From: Taibaiella helva
Lineage (GTDB): Bacteria > Bacteroidota > Bacteroidia > Chitinophagales > Chitinophagaceae
Assembly (NCBI GenBank): GCA_040392805.1
Contig: JBEBVI010000001.1
Location: 1-60,615 of the forward strand
Direction: 5' to 3'
DNA length: 60,615 bases
The notes below the pieces were generated by a model. That model saw only the letters and a program-made list of their open reading frames with translations, was not told where the DNA came from and did no database searches. Below, one piece after another: positions 49,535-57,943 of this stretch; positions within the stretch are counted from its first letter, which is position 1, and every line of letters starts with the position of its first letter. The position numbers and the translations under genes are program-made.

Positions 49535-51238
49535 CTACTTCTTCCTCAATACTTCTATTTCCGCCTTCAACTGCATGATTTCATCTTTCAGGATTTGAAT
49601 CTGGTCCTGCTGTTCCTGTATAGCCTTTACTACCGGTACCACAAATTCTGCATAACGGATTTTATATAAATCCTTATCATTGCCCGGGGCAATTATTCCA
49701 TTGAAATCAAAGCCCACCGCCTTAGCTGCACTTTCCACTTCCTGGGCTATAAACCCGGTTTGCTTTATGTTTTCTATTTCATATTTCCCTGGAAGATCAC
49801 CCGTTGCAACTCCTAAAATTTCATTTTGAATATCAATATCCAGATTATACGTTACCGGACGAAGTTTTCCTATAAAAGACAACCCCGGTACATTATCTTG
49901 TATATTCGTCTTAATACGGCCATCACTATAAGAGCTGAACGGCACCTGGCCACTAATTTCCTTTATACTCGTATTTCCTAGATGAATGATATTGCCTTCC
50001 TTTACCTGGGCGCTGTGTCCTATGGCTATGGAATTATCTCCTTCAGCCTTAGCCTCCGCCCCAAAGGCGATAGAACCCTGGCCGGAGGCACTGCCAGAGC
50101 GGCCAATCGCTATACTTAAATTACTGGGTTTATCTTTTAATCCCGGTATTCCGGTCTCATAACCAATGGCGATATTATACTCGCCTTCGTTGTTACCTGT
50201 CATTGAATAGCTTCCGATGCCGATATTCCCTTTTCCGCTTTCATTATCAGAAAGAGCATTGACACCTATGGCAACGTTTTCGCTTCCGTCATTGGAAAGA
50301 AGAGCTGCATAACCTATACCAACGTTGTACGAGCCTTGAGTCGTGGATCCTAAAGCCGATGCCCCGATAGCCGTATTAAAATTGCCGGGACCTTTTTTGG
50401 CCTCCATCTTTTGCATTGCGCCGATACCCCAGGTAGTGTTATTATCGTTAGGGCTTACATACCCCGCTTTCAGATTTCCTATCTTAACTTTAAAAGTAGT
50501 GTTATCGGTGCCTATAAAGTCATTTTCCGTTGTTCCGATATTCCCTGACAAGCTCCAGCCCGAAGACCCGGCATCCGGAGTGGCGGGCGCCCAGGTCGTA
50601 CCATTAAATGTCAACACCTGGCCATTAGTAGCATTCATGTTGTTGATCTTGTTTCCCGTTACTGCCTTATCCAGGATTTTAACCGTTGTAATTTTATTAT
50701 CCCCGATTAAAGGGTTGGGGAAAGTACCTGTCAAATCTCCCCCCGCAGGCCCGCTGATATTGCCTGCAGGCCCTGTATCTCCTTTGTCACCCTTTGGTCC
50801 TTGCGGGCCTACTTCTCCCTTCGGGCCGGGTGCTCCATTTAGCGAATATAGCGCGTAGGGTACACTGAGCAATTGTGTAGTGCCCAGATCTGCATAAGCA
50901 GTACCCCCTTCGGGATCCATTTCTATTTTTATAAACCGGTCACCGTCACCCCAATTCACGTCATTCATATTCCCGGATACGGCAGTTCCGCCTCCGACCG
51001 CAAGATTATATAAACCGGCGCTGTTTGTTGTTACCTTATGGGTCTCTGTAAAAAGAACCGCAGCCCCACCTGCATTCCCATCAAGAATACTGATTTTAAT
51101 ACCTAAGCTTTGATTTGCCAACGCCGCGCCGGTAGCATTTCTGGCTACACCCTGGTAGTTAAATTTACCCGGCGCCTGGGCAGAAACCTGTAAAGCAAGT
51201 AAAAGAGCACTTGCAAATGTCAAGAAGATTTTCTTCAT
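49535..51238 (-). CDS. Exported trimeric fibre-like protein: collagen repeat, adhesin-head-like repeats, peptidase S74 chaperone
   Basis: QAPGKFNYQGVAR N-domain, SVPYAL, Gly-X-Y run, N.AIG repeats, YSDGRIKTNI, GFIAQEV, C-terminal coiled coil. Confidence 0.85.
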   Translation of the reverse strand: MKKIFLTFASALLLALQVSAQAPGKFNYQGVARNATGAALANQSLGIKISILDGNAGGAAVLFTETHKVTTNSAGLYNLAVGGGTAVSGNMNDVNWGDGDRFIKIEMDPEGGTAYADLGTTQLLSVPYALYSLNGAPGPKGEVGPQGPKGDKGDTGPAGNISGPAGGDLTGTFPNPLIGDNKITTVKILDKAVTGNKINNMNATNGQVLTFNGTTWAPATPDAGSSGWSLSGNIGTTENDFIGTDNTTFKVKIGNLKAGYVSPNDNNTTWGIGAMQKMEAKKGPGNFNTAIGASALGSTTQGSYNVGIGYAALLSNDGSENVAIGVNALSDNESGKGNIGIGSYSMTGNNEGEYNIAIGYETGIPGLKDKPSNLSIAIGRSGSASGQGSIAFGAEAKAEGDNSIAIGHSAQVKEGNIIHLGNTSIKEISGQVPFSSYSDGRIKTNIQDNVPGLSFIGKLRPVTYNLDIDIQNEILGVATGDLPGKYEIENIKQTGFIAQEVESAAKAVGFDFNGIIAPGNDKDLYKIRYAEFVVPVVKAIQEQQDQIQILKDEIMQLKAEIEVLRKK

Positions 51239-51262
51239 AAATTAAATTTTAAATGGTTTGAC

Positions 51263-51784
51263 TTAATTGATCTTTTGAATTTTAAAACTGCGAACCCTGT
51301 CCTGATTGTCCCGGCTAAAGACAGCATGTAGCATATATGTTCCTGCAGCAAATGATTTTAAGTTTACGGTTTGCTTCTCCGTGCCGGATTGAAGGATTAC
51401 AGATTGTCGTTGCAGTCTCCTCCCTGTAATATCCAGTAAAGTCAAAGTCAGCACTCCGCCACCACCTGTTATATTGGGCTGGATATAAACAGCATCATCC
51501 GATGGATTAGGATAAACACTTAAGGTATTTTCAGGTAAGGCCAGATCTGACATACCGACCGATCCTTCTGCAGGCTGTAATAACCCTTGTGTCACAATTA
51601 AATTAGGTGTCGATGCCGTGTGTACCAAAACCATTTCCCCAATAGAATATTCATAAAGGTTTCCGGCTATTTCCCTGCTGCCGCCGGTGACATTAAAAGC
51701 AGATGTATTGCTCATCTGTGCCTGACTGCCCGTTGCAAATAACAGGATTGAGGCAATTGTAAGTCTTATGATCCTCTTTTTCAT
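51263..51784 (-). CDS. Small T9SS type A CTD protein
   Basis: Signal peptide; YSIGE...TQGLLQP mini-domain; VYPNP...GTYML...FKIQK; start taken at MKKRI. Confidence 0.85.
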   Translation of the reverse strand: MKKRIIRLTIASILLFATGSQAQMSNTSAFNVTGGSREIAGNLYEYSIGEMVLVHTASTPNLIVTQGLLQPAEGSVGMSDLALPENTLSVYPNPSDDAVYIQPNITGGGGVLTLTLLDITGRRLQRQSVILQSGTEKQTVNLKSFAAGTYMLHAVFSRDNQDRVRSFKIQKIN

Positions 51785-52236
51785 TGAATGGTATTTTTTT
51801 AATTTTACTGAATTATTGACTTTAATAACTTCTCTCAATTTTAAAATACATCTTATTCGTCAATGCCCCGGGTAAGCCGATATTCGCAACCAATCATTTA
51901 TAGAAATATCCTTGAGAACCGGTTGCTATAAATTTTCGCTATTCAACGTTAAAAATGAGTTTAGGTGTTACTATGCCCGTACTACCGATACCTTGTTTGC
52001 AAATAAAAAAGATAATTTAAAAAAAAGGAACCCACTTAAGAAGGATATAATAATACACAATACGAAAAACATTAATTATCATAGTTAAACAGAATTTATT
52101 CACTTATCAAGATACGAAACGTAATGAACTGAAGGATATTTACCAGGCTGAATTATACCGGTTTTCATTTCTTCCGCAGACTGTGTATTTGCCTGTGAAT
52201 TTTAAACAGATGCCCTGCTGCTGTGATCTTCCACCA

Positions 52237-52342
52237 AGTAATCGTGTTACAATAACTTCCCGGTTTCAAAGCCTGGGAGATGCCTCCACGCTGGTCGGCA
52301 TGACGGTACTTGAGGAAGTTATTTTGACTATTATACTTAGTG
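52237..52342 (+). repeat. MITE/REP-like element (family A, copy 3)
   Basis: 52251-52342 is 88/92 identical to the reverse complement of 54570-54661; internal inverted ends aataacttcc/ggaagttatt. Confidence 0.9.
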
Positions 52343-52550
52343 TCTTGGTGTATTTGTGGCAAAAAGAGGAACTTATTTTGTAATTGTCACTAAGGAAAAA
52401 CCGGAATTAATAATTAAGAAAAAGAAACATAAAACTAATTTTGAATTAAATAGCTAACAACAGGCCGGGTAGGCATCAGTACGTTTCCTCACAAAAACAA
52501 ATGCAGGTGATGGCAAAGCAATGTATGCCCGATGAAAACACAGATCAGTC

Positions 52551-54455
52551 ATGAGTTATTATAAATTCAGCTTCTATTTCATTATCATTTTGCATCTTGC
52601 TTTTACAACGGTGTTTGCACAAGAATCTAATTATCCGCAAGACCAGTTATTAAAGCTAAATGTACCATCCACACATAACCCAACCGGTCATTGGTACGAC
52701 CAGTTTGGATATGGGATTTTCCAGACTACCGGAGCTCATTTGTCCCTGCTCGAAAAAATGATACTGACAGGAGACAGCTTACTACAACGAGAGCAATACG
52801 ACGAAGCAAAAACATGGTATCTCCGTGCACTTCCCTACAGTATGCTATTTGACAGAAACAAGATAGCCCTGCTGTATCTCCAATTGGGTAAAGCCTCTAC
52901 CCGAAATGATGAAAGTGTCTCTTTTTATATTAAAGGCCTTAAAAGCCTGCTACCCTATAAAGAAAATGAGATAATGAGGGCGAAAATATTAACAAGTACT
53001 GCAACGAGACTGGCTAAGATTAACAATTTCGACAAAGCCCTTCTGTATTTCAATAAGGCGATTGCTCTTTTCCGACACAACAAGGACACCTTAAATCTGG
53101 CAGAAGCATTATGTAATAAGGCAAATACCTACACCCTGTTAGATGATAAAAAAAAGGCTTTGGTCTTTCACAAAATGGCCCTGGAAGTTGTAAAAGAAAG
53201 TAACATCCCAAGTCATCGGACCATAAGAAGAATTATCGTCCAAAATATGATAGGTATCTATCTCCAGCAAAATGAAACAGATTCGGCAATATCTTATTTA
53301 AACCTTTTCCGGCATGATCTCGATGATGCTCCCATACGGGAGCAGGTAGTATATCAATTCCTATACGGCTATGTGCTCAACACGCTACACGATCACAAAA
53401 ATGCTAAAATTCACTTTCTTAACAGTCTGGTTATAGCAGAAAAAGAAAAACTGAATGACATGATCGCTTTTATTTACAGGGCGCTGTCCATCTCCTACTC
53501 AGAAACACAGGAGTATAAACAAGCATGGTATTTCGGCCAGAAATACCTTAATGAACGTTATCTCCTTTTTGAACAAACAAAGAATGAGATCAACGACATC
53601 AATAACATGGAATCACAATATCACCTGGCACGAAAAGACAATGAGTTAGCCCGGAAACAACTTATCATTGCCCGCCAGGAGAAGGACATTGTCCGGAAAA
53701 ACCTGGTGATGGTGATCATTGGCATTGCCGCCACAGCATTGCTTATCATTGGCTGGATCTTCTACCGGAGCTACCAACGTAACCAACGCCTGATGACTAA
53801 AGAGAAGGAGATAGAACAGCTTAAAGCCATGATGAAAGGAGAAGAGAAGGAACGCAGCCGCCTGGCCCGGGAGCTGCATGATGGTATCGGTGGTATGCTG
53901 GCCGCAATCAAGATGAATGTAGGTGCGATCAAAATAGAAAACCCGGAAACAGCCCATATCACACGGCTGGATAAAGTAGTGCTTATGCTGCAGGATACCA
54001 GCGCTGAAGTACGTAAAACAGCGCATAATCTGATGCCGGACATACTCGACCGGCATAGCCTGGAAGAGGCCTTAACGGCTTTTTGCAAACAAGTGAATAC
54101 CGGCAATGGATTACTGATTGAACTCCATATACCCGGCCAGCTTCCTGCAATGGATAAATCGATCGAACTGATGCTATACCGAATGGTGCAGGAGCTGGTG
54201 CAAAATGTAATCAAACATGCCCGCGCCAATCATCTGGAATTACAGATCATGCATTATGACAACCTGCTCAGTATTACAGCAGAAGATAACGGCCAGGGAT
54301 TTGATTCGGAAACGACACCCGAAGGAGCAGGTCTGACCAACCTTCGCCACCGCGTGGCAGTACTGCTGGGAAGCATGTCCGTAACAACGGTACCGGGTAG
54401 CAGTACAACTGTGCATATTGAGTTCGATCTGGAGCAACTGTTGCGGGGGCGGTAA
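52551..54455 (+). CDS. TPR-sensor histidine kinase (HisKA_3), locus 3
   Basis: TPR helices, one TM segment, ERSRLARELHDG, QELVQNVIKH, EDNGQG, GAGL. Confidence 0.9.
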   Translation: MSYYKFSFYFIIILHLAFTTVFAQESNYPQDQLLKLNVPSTHNPTGHWYDQFGYGIFQTTGAHLSLLEKMILTGDSLLQREQYDEAKTWYLRALPYSMLFDRNKIALLYLQLGKASTRNDESVSFYIKGLKSLLPYKENEIMRAKILTSTATRLAKINNFDKALLYFNKAIALFRHNKDTLNLAEALCNKANTYTLLDDKKKALVFHKMALEVVKESNIPSHRTIRRIIVQNMIGIYLQQNETDSAISYLNLFRHDLDDAPIREQVVYQFLYGYVLNTLHDHKNAKIHFLNSLVIAEKEKLNDMIAFIYRALSISYSETQEYKQAWYFGQKYLNERYLLFEQTKNEINDINNMESQYHLARKDNELARKQLIIARQEKDIVRKNLVMVIIGIAATALLIIGWIFYRSYQRNQRLMTKEKEIEQLKAMMKGEEKERSRLARELHDGIGGMLAAIKMNVGAIKIENPETAHITRLDKVVLMLQDTSAEVRKTAHNLMPDILDRHSLEEALTAFCKQVNTGNGLLIELHIPGQLPAMDKSIELMLYRMVQELVQNVIKHARANHLELQIMHYDNLLSITAEDNGQGFDSETTPEGAGLTNLRHRVAVLLGSMSVTTVPGSSTTVHIEFDLEQLLRGR

Positions 54456-54569
54456 AAAGATCACTAAGAATGTTGAACGGGCTGGGGCAAAGATGTTCCC
54501 TTACTCAGGAGATGCCTCCAATTACTTCGACAAAGCTCTGTACAAGTGTGGAAGTTCTTTCATCAGCAT

Positions 54570-54675
54570 CACTAAGTATAATAGTCAAAATAACTTCCTC
54601 AAGTACCGTCATGCCGACCAGCGTGGAGGCATCTCCCAGACTTGGAAACGTGGAAGTTATTCCGACACAGTTACT
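54570..54675 (-). repeat. MITE/REP-like element (family A, copy 4) between kinase and regulator
   Basis: Inverted partner of 52251-52342; a partial copy ggagatgcctcca lies at 54508-54520. Confidence 0.9.
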
Positions 54676-54766
54676 AAGATTTGTTGGCGCCATAGAAAAG
54701 CTATAATTTTAGGACAAAAGCAGGCAAAAACTCAATATAGTATTATCCTCCAACACATCATAAAAC

Positions 54767-55405
54767 ATGAATATCCGAGTAGCTATAACTGATGACCACC
54801 CCATGGTTATACAAGGTATCCAGACGGTGCTATCTCATTATCCTTTCATCACGGTGTGTGCTACTTATAGAACCGGTGCAGAGCTTTTGCTCGGATTATC
54901 CAGACAGCTTCCGGATGTTTTGCTGTTGGACCTGCATTTACCAGACCAGACGGGAGACGAACTTGCCCCCCTGATCCTACAGCAATATCCGGATATCAGG
55001 ATCCTGGTGCTTACTAATTTTGACAGTGTGTTATATGTAACGAAAATGTTGTATCTGGGTGTACAAGGCTATATACTCAAAACTGCGGAAGAAGATGTGC
55101 TCCTTAAAGCTATAAAAACAGTTTATGAGGGGAAGCAGTTTGTAGAACGGCAGATCCAGCATAAAATAGAACTGGATCCCTTAAGATCGAAAAAGCTGCT
55201 CACAGCCAATGCGAACCTGACTACACGGGAAAAGGAAGTGCTGCAACTGATCGTCAATGGACAGACCGACCAGGAAATTTCAAATATGCTCTTTCTCGGT
55301 CTTCATACTATAAAACACTACCGAATGAGCATCCAGCTTAAATTAGACGTTAAAAATACGGCGGCGCTGGTCAATAAGGCTTTAAAGTTAGGATTAGCAA
55401 AGTAA
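54767..55405 (+). CDS. NarL/LuxR family response regulator, locus 3
   Basis: TDDH, LLLDL, LTTREKEVL HTH. Confidence 0.92.
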   Translation: MNIRVAITDDHPMVIQGIQTVLSHYPFITVCATYRTGAELLLGLSRQLPDVLLLDLHLPDQTGDELAPLILQQYPDIRILVLTNFDSVLYVTKMLYLGVQGYILKTAEEDVLLKAIKTVYEGKQFVERQIQHKIELDPLRSKKLLTANANLTTREKEVLQLIVNGQTDQEISNMLFLGLHTIKHYRMSIQLKLDVKNTAALVNKALKLGLAK

Positions 55406-55431
55406 GAAAACTCCAGGGCAAACACATTATG

Positions 55432-55610
55432 ATATAAAACGGGACTGTCTAAAGAGCGTGTAAATTTCACACAAAGGAGCAAAGATTAAAGATCACTACG
55501 TAAATTATTTAATATCTATCTTTGTTTCGTAGTTTTCTTTGTTCGCTTTGCGTGAACTTCTCTCTTGCGGAGCAAGAAAACTATAGTTTTTAGACAGCCT
55601 CATTTTATAT
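55432..55610. repeat. Inverted-repeat-bounded element enclosing repeat family C copy 2
   Basis: atataaaacgggactgtctaaa (55432-55453) vs tttagacagcctcattttatat (55589-55610), 19/22 complementary; interior 55461-55557 homologous to 22228-22328. Confidence 0.72.
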
Positions 55611-55662
55611 GCGAAATGATAAAGTTTTGCGTTATGAAGCTTTAATAAGCACTTACCTCTTA

Positions 55663-57702
55663 TTATTGCTTTACTAATTTTTCAACCTTCAGCAGCTGCC
55701 CATTCTTATCAGATATTTGTATTAAATAAATGCCATTAGCTAATTCGCCAAGATTTATCTCTCCGGCATTTAAACAGCTTTTAATATGCCTTCCTTCCAG
55801 GCTCCTGATATTTATATCAACTGAAAACGGGGATCTTACATAGATGATTTCACGGGCCGGGTTGGGCGATATAGTAATTGATTTTCCCTTTTCATCAATA
55901 CTTTGAATGTTTGTTATATTGGTTACTTCATAAATATCCGAAGTATCTATACAACCGTTTTCATTAGTGACAATAACCTGGTATGCTCCGTTCTCCGAAA
56001 CGGTGTAAGTACTTTGATCGGCTCCCTGTATAATTTTCCCGTTCAATAACCATTGATAGGTCGAAAACGACTCTATGGTACTTAACGTGTAAACATCTAT
56101 CCTGATAATAGCTTCTATCTTATCAAAAACCAGGTCAATATGATAGATCGTTGTATCGCATTGCTCAAAAAATTCTATTGAATAATTTCCACTTTCATTA
56201 AAGATCTGATCCCCGTATACAAACTGGTCGCCACAAATCACTGTATCTATGAATATCTCCTCTTTCGTACCGCCGCCTACAACGGCACAATTATAGGACA
56301 GCCTCCACAGGTCATTAAAATCAGCCTGGCCTGATGCTTTCGATCTTCCTCCGAGCATCCATAGTTGATCCTTATAGGTCCAGCATGCCGGTCCCAGTTC
56401 TCTTCTGCCCGGAAGATTATTAATATCAGGCACACCCTTAGCGCCATAACTGCCAAGCAGACCTGTATTTGATCCGGCAGTACCTCCTCTGATCCAGGTC
56501 CATTCATTAGCGGAAATATTATAACGCCACAAATCGGAATGTTGGGTATTCTGGCTACTCTGCCCTCCGAATAAATAAAAATTACCGAAATCGTCTTTCC
56601 AGGTAGCTGGTGTTCTAACCCTGGAGCCCGGTGTATTAGCCGCAGCAGAAACATTTCTGACACCATGAGATGCCGCTACGCCCGGGGCATTACTGCCGTT
56701 AATCCAGGCCCAGCTTTGCGTAGCAATGTCAAAGCTCCACATATCAGCCCATCTCACGTTTGTAGGATAAATGCCTCCATAAAGATAAAGCTTGCCATTA
56801 TCATACCACGATGCGCCCCCGGCCCTTGATCCGGGACTGTAGTTTGCATTGGCCACGCCCAGATTTCCTCTGTTGCCATCCTGGTCAATTAGTGTATCTC
56901 CATGCATCCAGGCCCACTGATTGGTATATGGATTGTATTTCCACAAGTCGCCCAAAGAGCCCTCCCTCGATTGATTTTGTGCGTTCATCGCTCTTCCTGT
57001 TCCACCATACAGCCAGAAACAACCGTCTTCGTCTGTCCAGTAAAAGCTGGTATATCTTGCACCCGGGTGGTTGGTCGAATTGAAAACCCCTTTTGTTCCG
57101 TACCGGCTGTTTAAATTAATGACCGTATCTCCACTCATCCAGATCCATTCATTTTTAACCGGGTCGTATTTCCACAAATCTCCTAAAGCACCGCTTTTCC
57201 CCTCGGCATCTCTGCCAAAGCCCCCGAATATCCAAAAATTCCCTAACGAGTCCTGCCAGGATTGCGGGCCATACCTTCCTCCGGGATTATTATCCGGATG
57301 ACCAACTCCTCTCACACCATATCTTCCGGAAACATTGGCAATTGTATCTCCCTTTAAAAAGGTCCACTCATTCGTATGCACCGAATATTTCCATATATCG
57401 TTTAAAGAGCCGGCCCCTGCTGCCGATTCCCCTGTACCGCCAAATAAATAAAAGTTGCCTGAATCGTCTTGCCAGGTAAAAACATTCCCACGTGAACCGG
57501 GTGTATTATCAGGATGTGAAAGCCCCCGCTGTCCATACACGCCAACATTTGCCCCGATCCCGTTTGTTCCTTTCATCCATGTCCAATGGTAATCATCATT
57601 GATCTGCGCCTGCACTTTGGGGCTAAGCGCCAACAAGCTTATTAATAATAAGCAGCCGCAATACGGACCTATACATTTAAAAGTAAGTCGATTTCTTTTC
57701 AT
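55663..57702 (-). CDS. T9SS type A CTD protein with Kelch/galactose-oxidase-like propeller and Ig-like stalk
   Basis: Repeated PG.R....W.D..GNF.LFGG...DLWKY....W.W units; YQWLLNG stalk; ISPNP...KLVKQ. Confidence 0.9.
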   Translation of the reverse strand: MKRNRLTFKCIGPYCGCLLLISLLALSPKVQAQINDDYHWTWMKGTNGIGANVGVYGQRGLSHPDNTPGSRGNVFTWQDDSGNFYLFGGTGESAAGAGSLNDIWKYSVHTNEWTFLKGDTIANVSGRYGVRGVGHPDNNPGGRYGPQSWQDSLGNFWIFGGFGRDAEGKSGALGDLWKYDPVKNEWIWMSGDTVINLNSRYGTKGVFNSTNHPGARYTSFYWTDEDGCFWLYGGTGRAMNAQNQSREGSLGDLWKYNPYTNQWAWMHGDTLIDQDGNRGNLGVANANYSPGSRAGGASWYDNGKLYLYGGIYPTNVRWADMWSFDIATQSWAWINGSNAPGVAASHGVRNVSAAANTPGSRVRTPATWKDDFGNFYLFGGQSSQNTQHSDLWRYNISANEWTWIRGGTAGSNTGLLGSYGAKGVPDINNLPGRRELGPACWTYKDQLWMLGGRSKASGQADFNDLWRLSYNCAVVGGGTKEEIFIDTVICGDQFVYGDQIFNESGNYSIEFFEQCDTTIYHIDLVFDKIEAIIRIDVYTLSTIESFSTYQWLLNGKIIQGADQSTYTVSENGAYQVIVTNENGCIDTSDIYEVTNITNIQSIDEKGKSITISPNPAREIIYVRSPFSVDINIRSLEGRHIKSCLNAGEINLGELANGIYLIQISDKNGQLLKVEKLVKQ

Positions 57703-57733
57703 CTGGTTTCTCTTTTAAAATTAACAAGTAATC

Positions 57734-57741
57734 CAAAGATA
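57734..57741 (-). promoter_or_regulatory. -7 promoter element for the locus 4 cargo gene
   Basis: TATCTTTG on the minus strand, 31 nt upstream of the 57702 start. Confidence 0.6.
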
Positions 57742-57943
57742 ACTTTCTGCTTCGTTAAACACATTTCAAAACCTACTCAAATTTCAAAAAATGAGAGAAT
57801 TCACTTAGCCCGGAAAGGTAATCCGGGGGTAAGAAGCACCCTTTTCGCCATTTAGCTTCCGTAACTTCCGGATAGTTATGATTATGGATTGAAATTTTAT
57901 AGCTTTACTGTTGTAGCATTACTAACTTGAAATTAACCGGAAT

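Noticed and set aside
49535-51238. Prophage, suggested by the tail-fibre-like S74 protein
   Set aside because: The protein has a signal peptide, and no capsid, terminase, integrase or lysis genes are nearby.
52165-54792. Short ORFs 52165-52362, 52183-52383, 54418-54792, 54470-54706 and 54505-54693, some sharing peptides such as LGDASTLVGMTVLEEVILTIILS
   Set aside because: The shared peptides are translations of the family A DNA repeat in different frames; no independent sign of coding.
20752-55610. Dispersed repeats read as a CRISPR array or integron attC array
   Set aside because: No regular repeat-spacer periodicity, and no cas or integrase gene in the window.
183-57702. Diversity-generating retroelement as the source of cargo variation
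   Set aside because: No reverse transcriptase, and no template/variable repeat pair differing mainly at adenines was seen.
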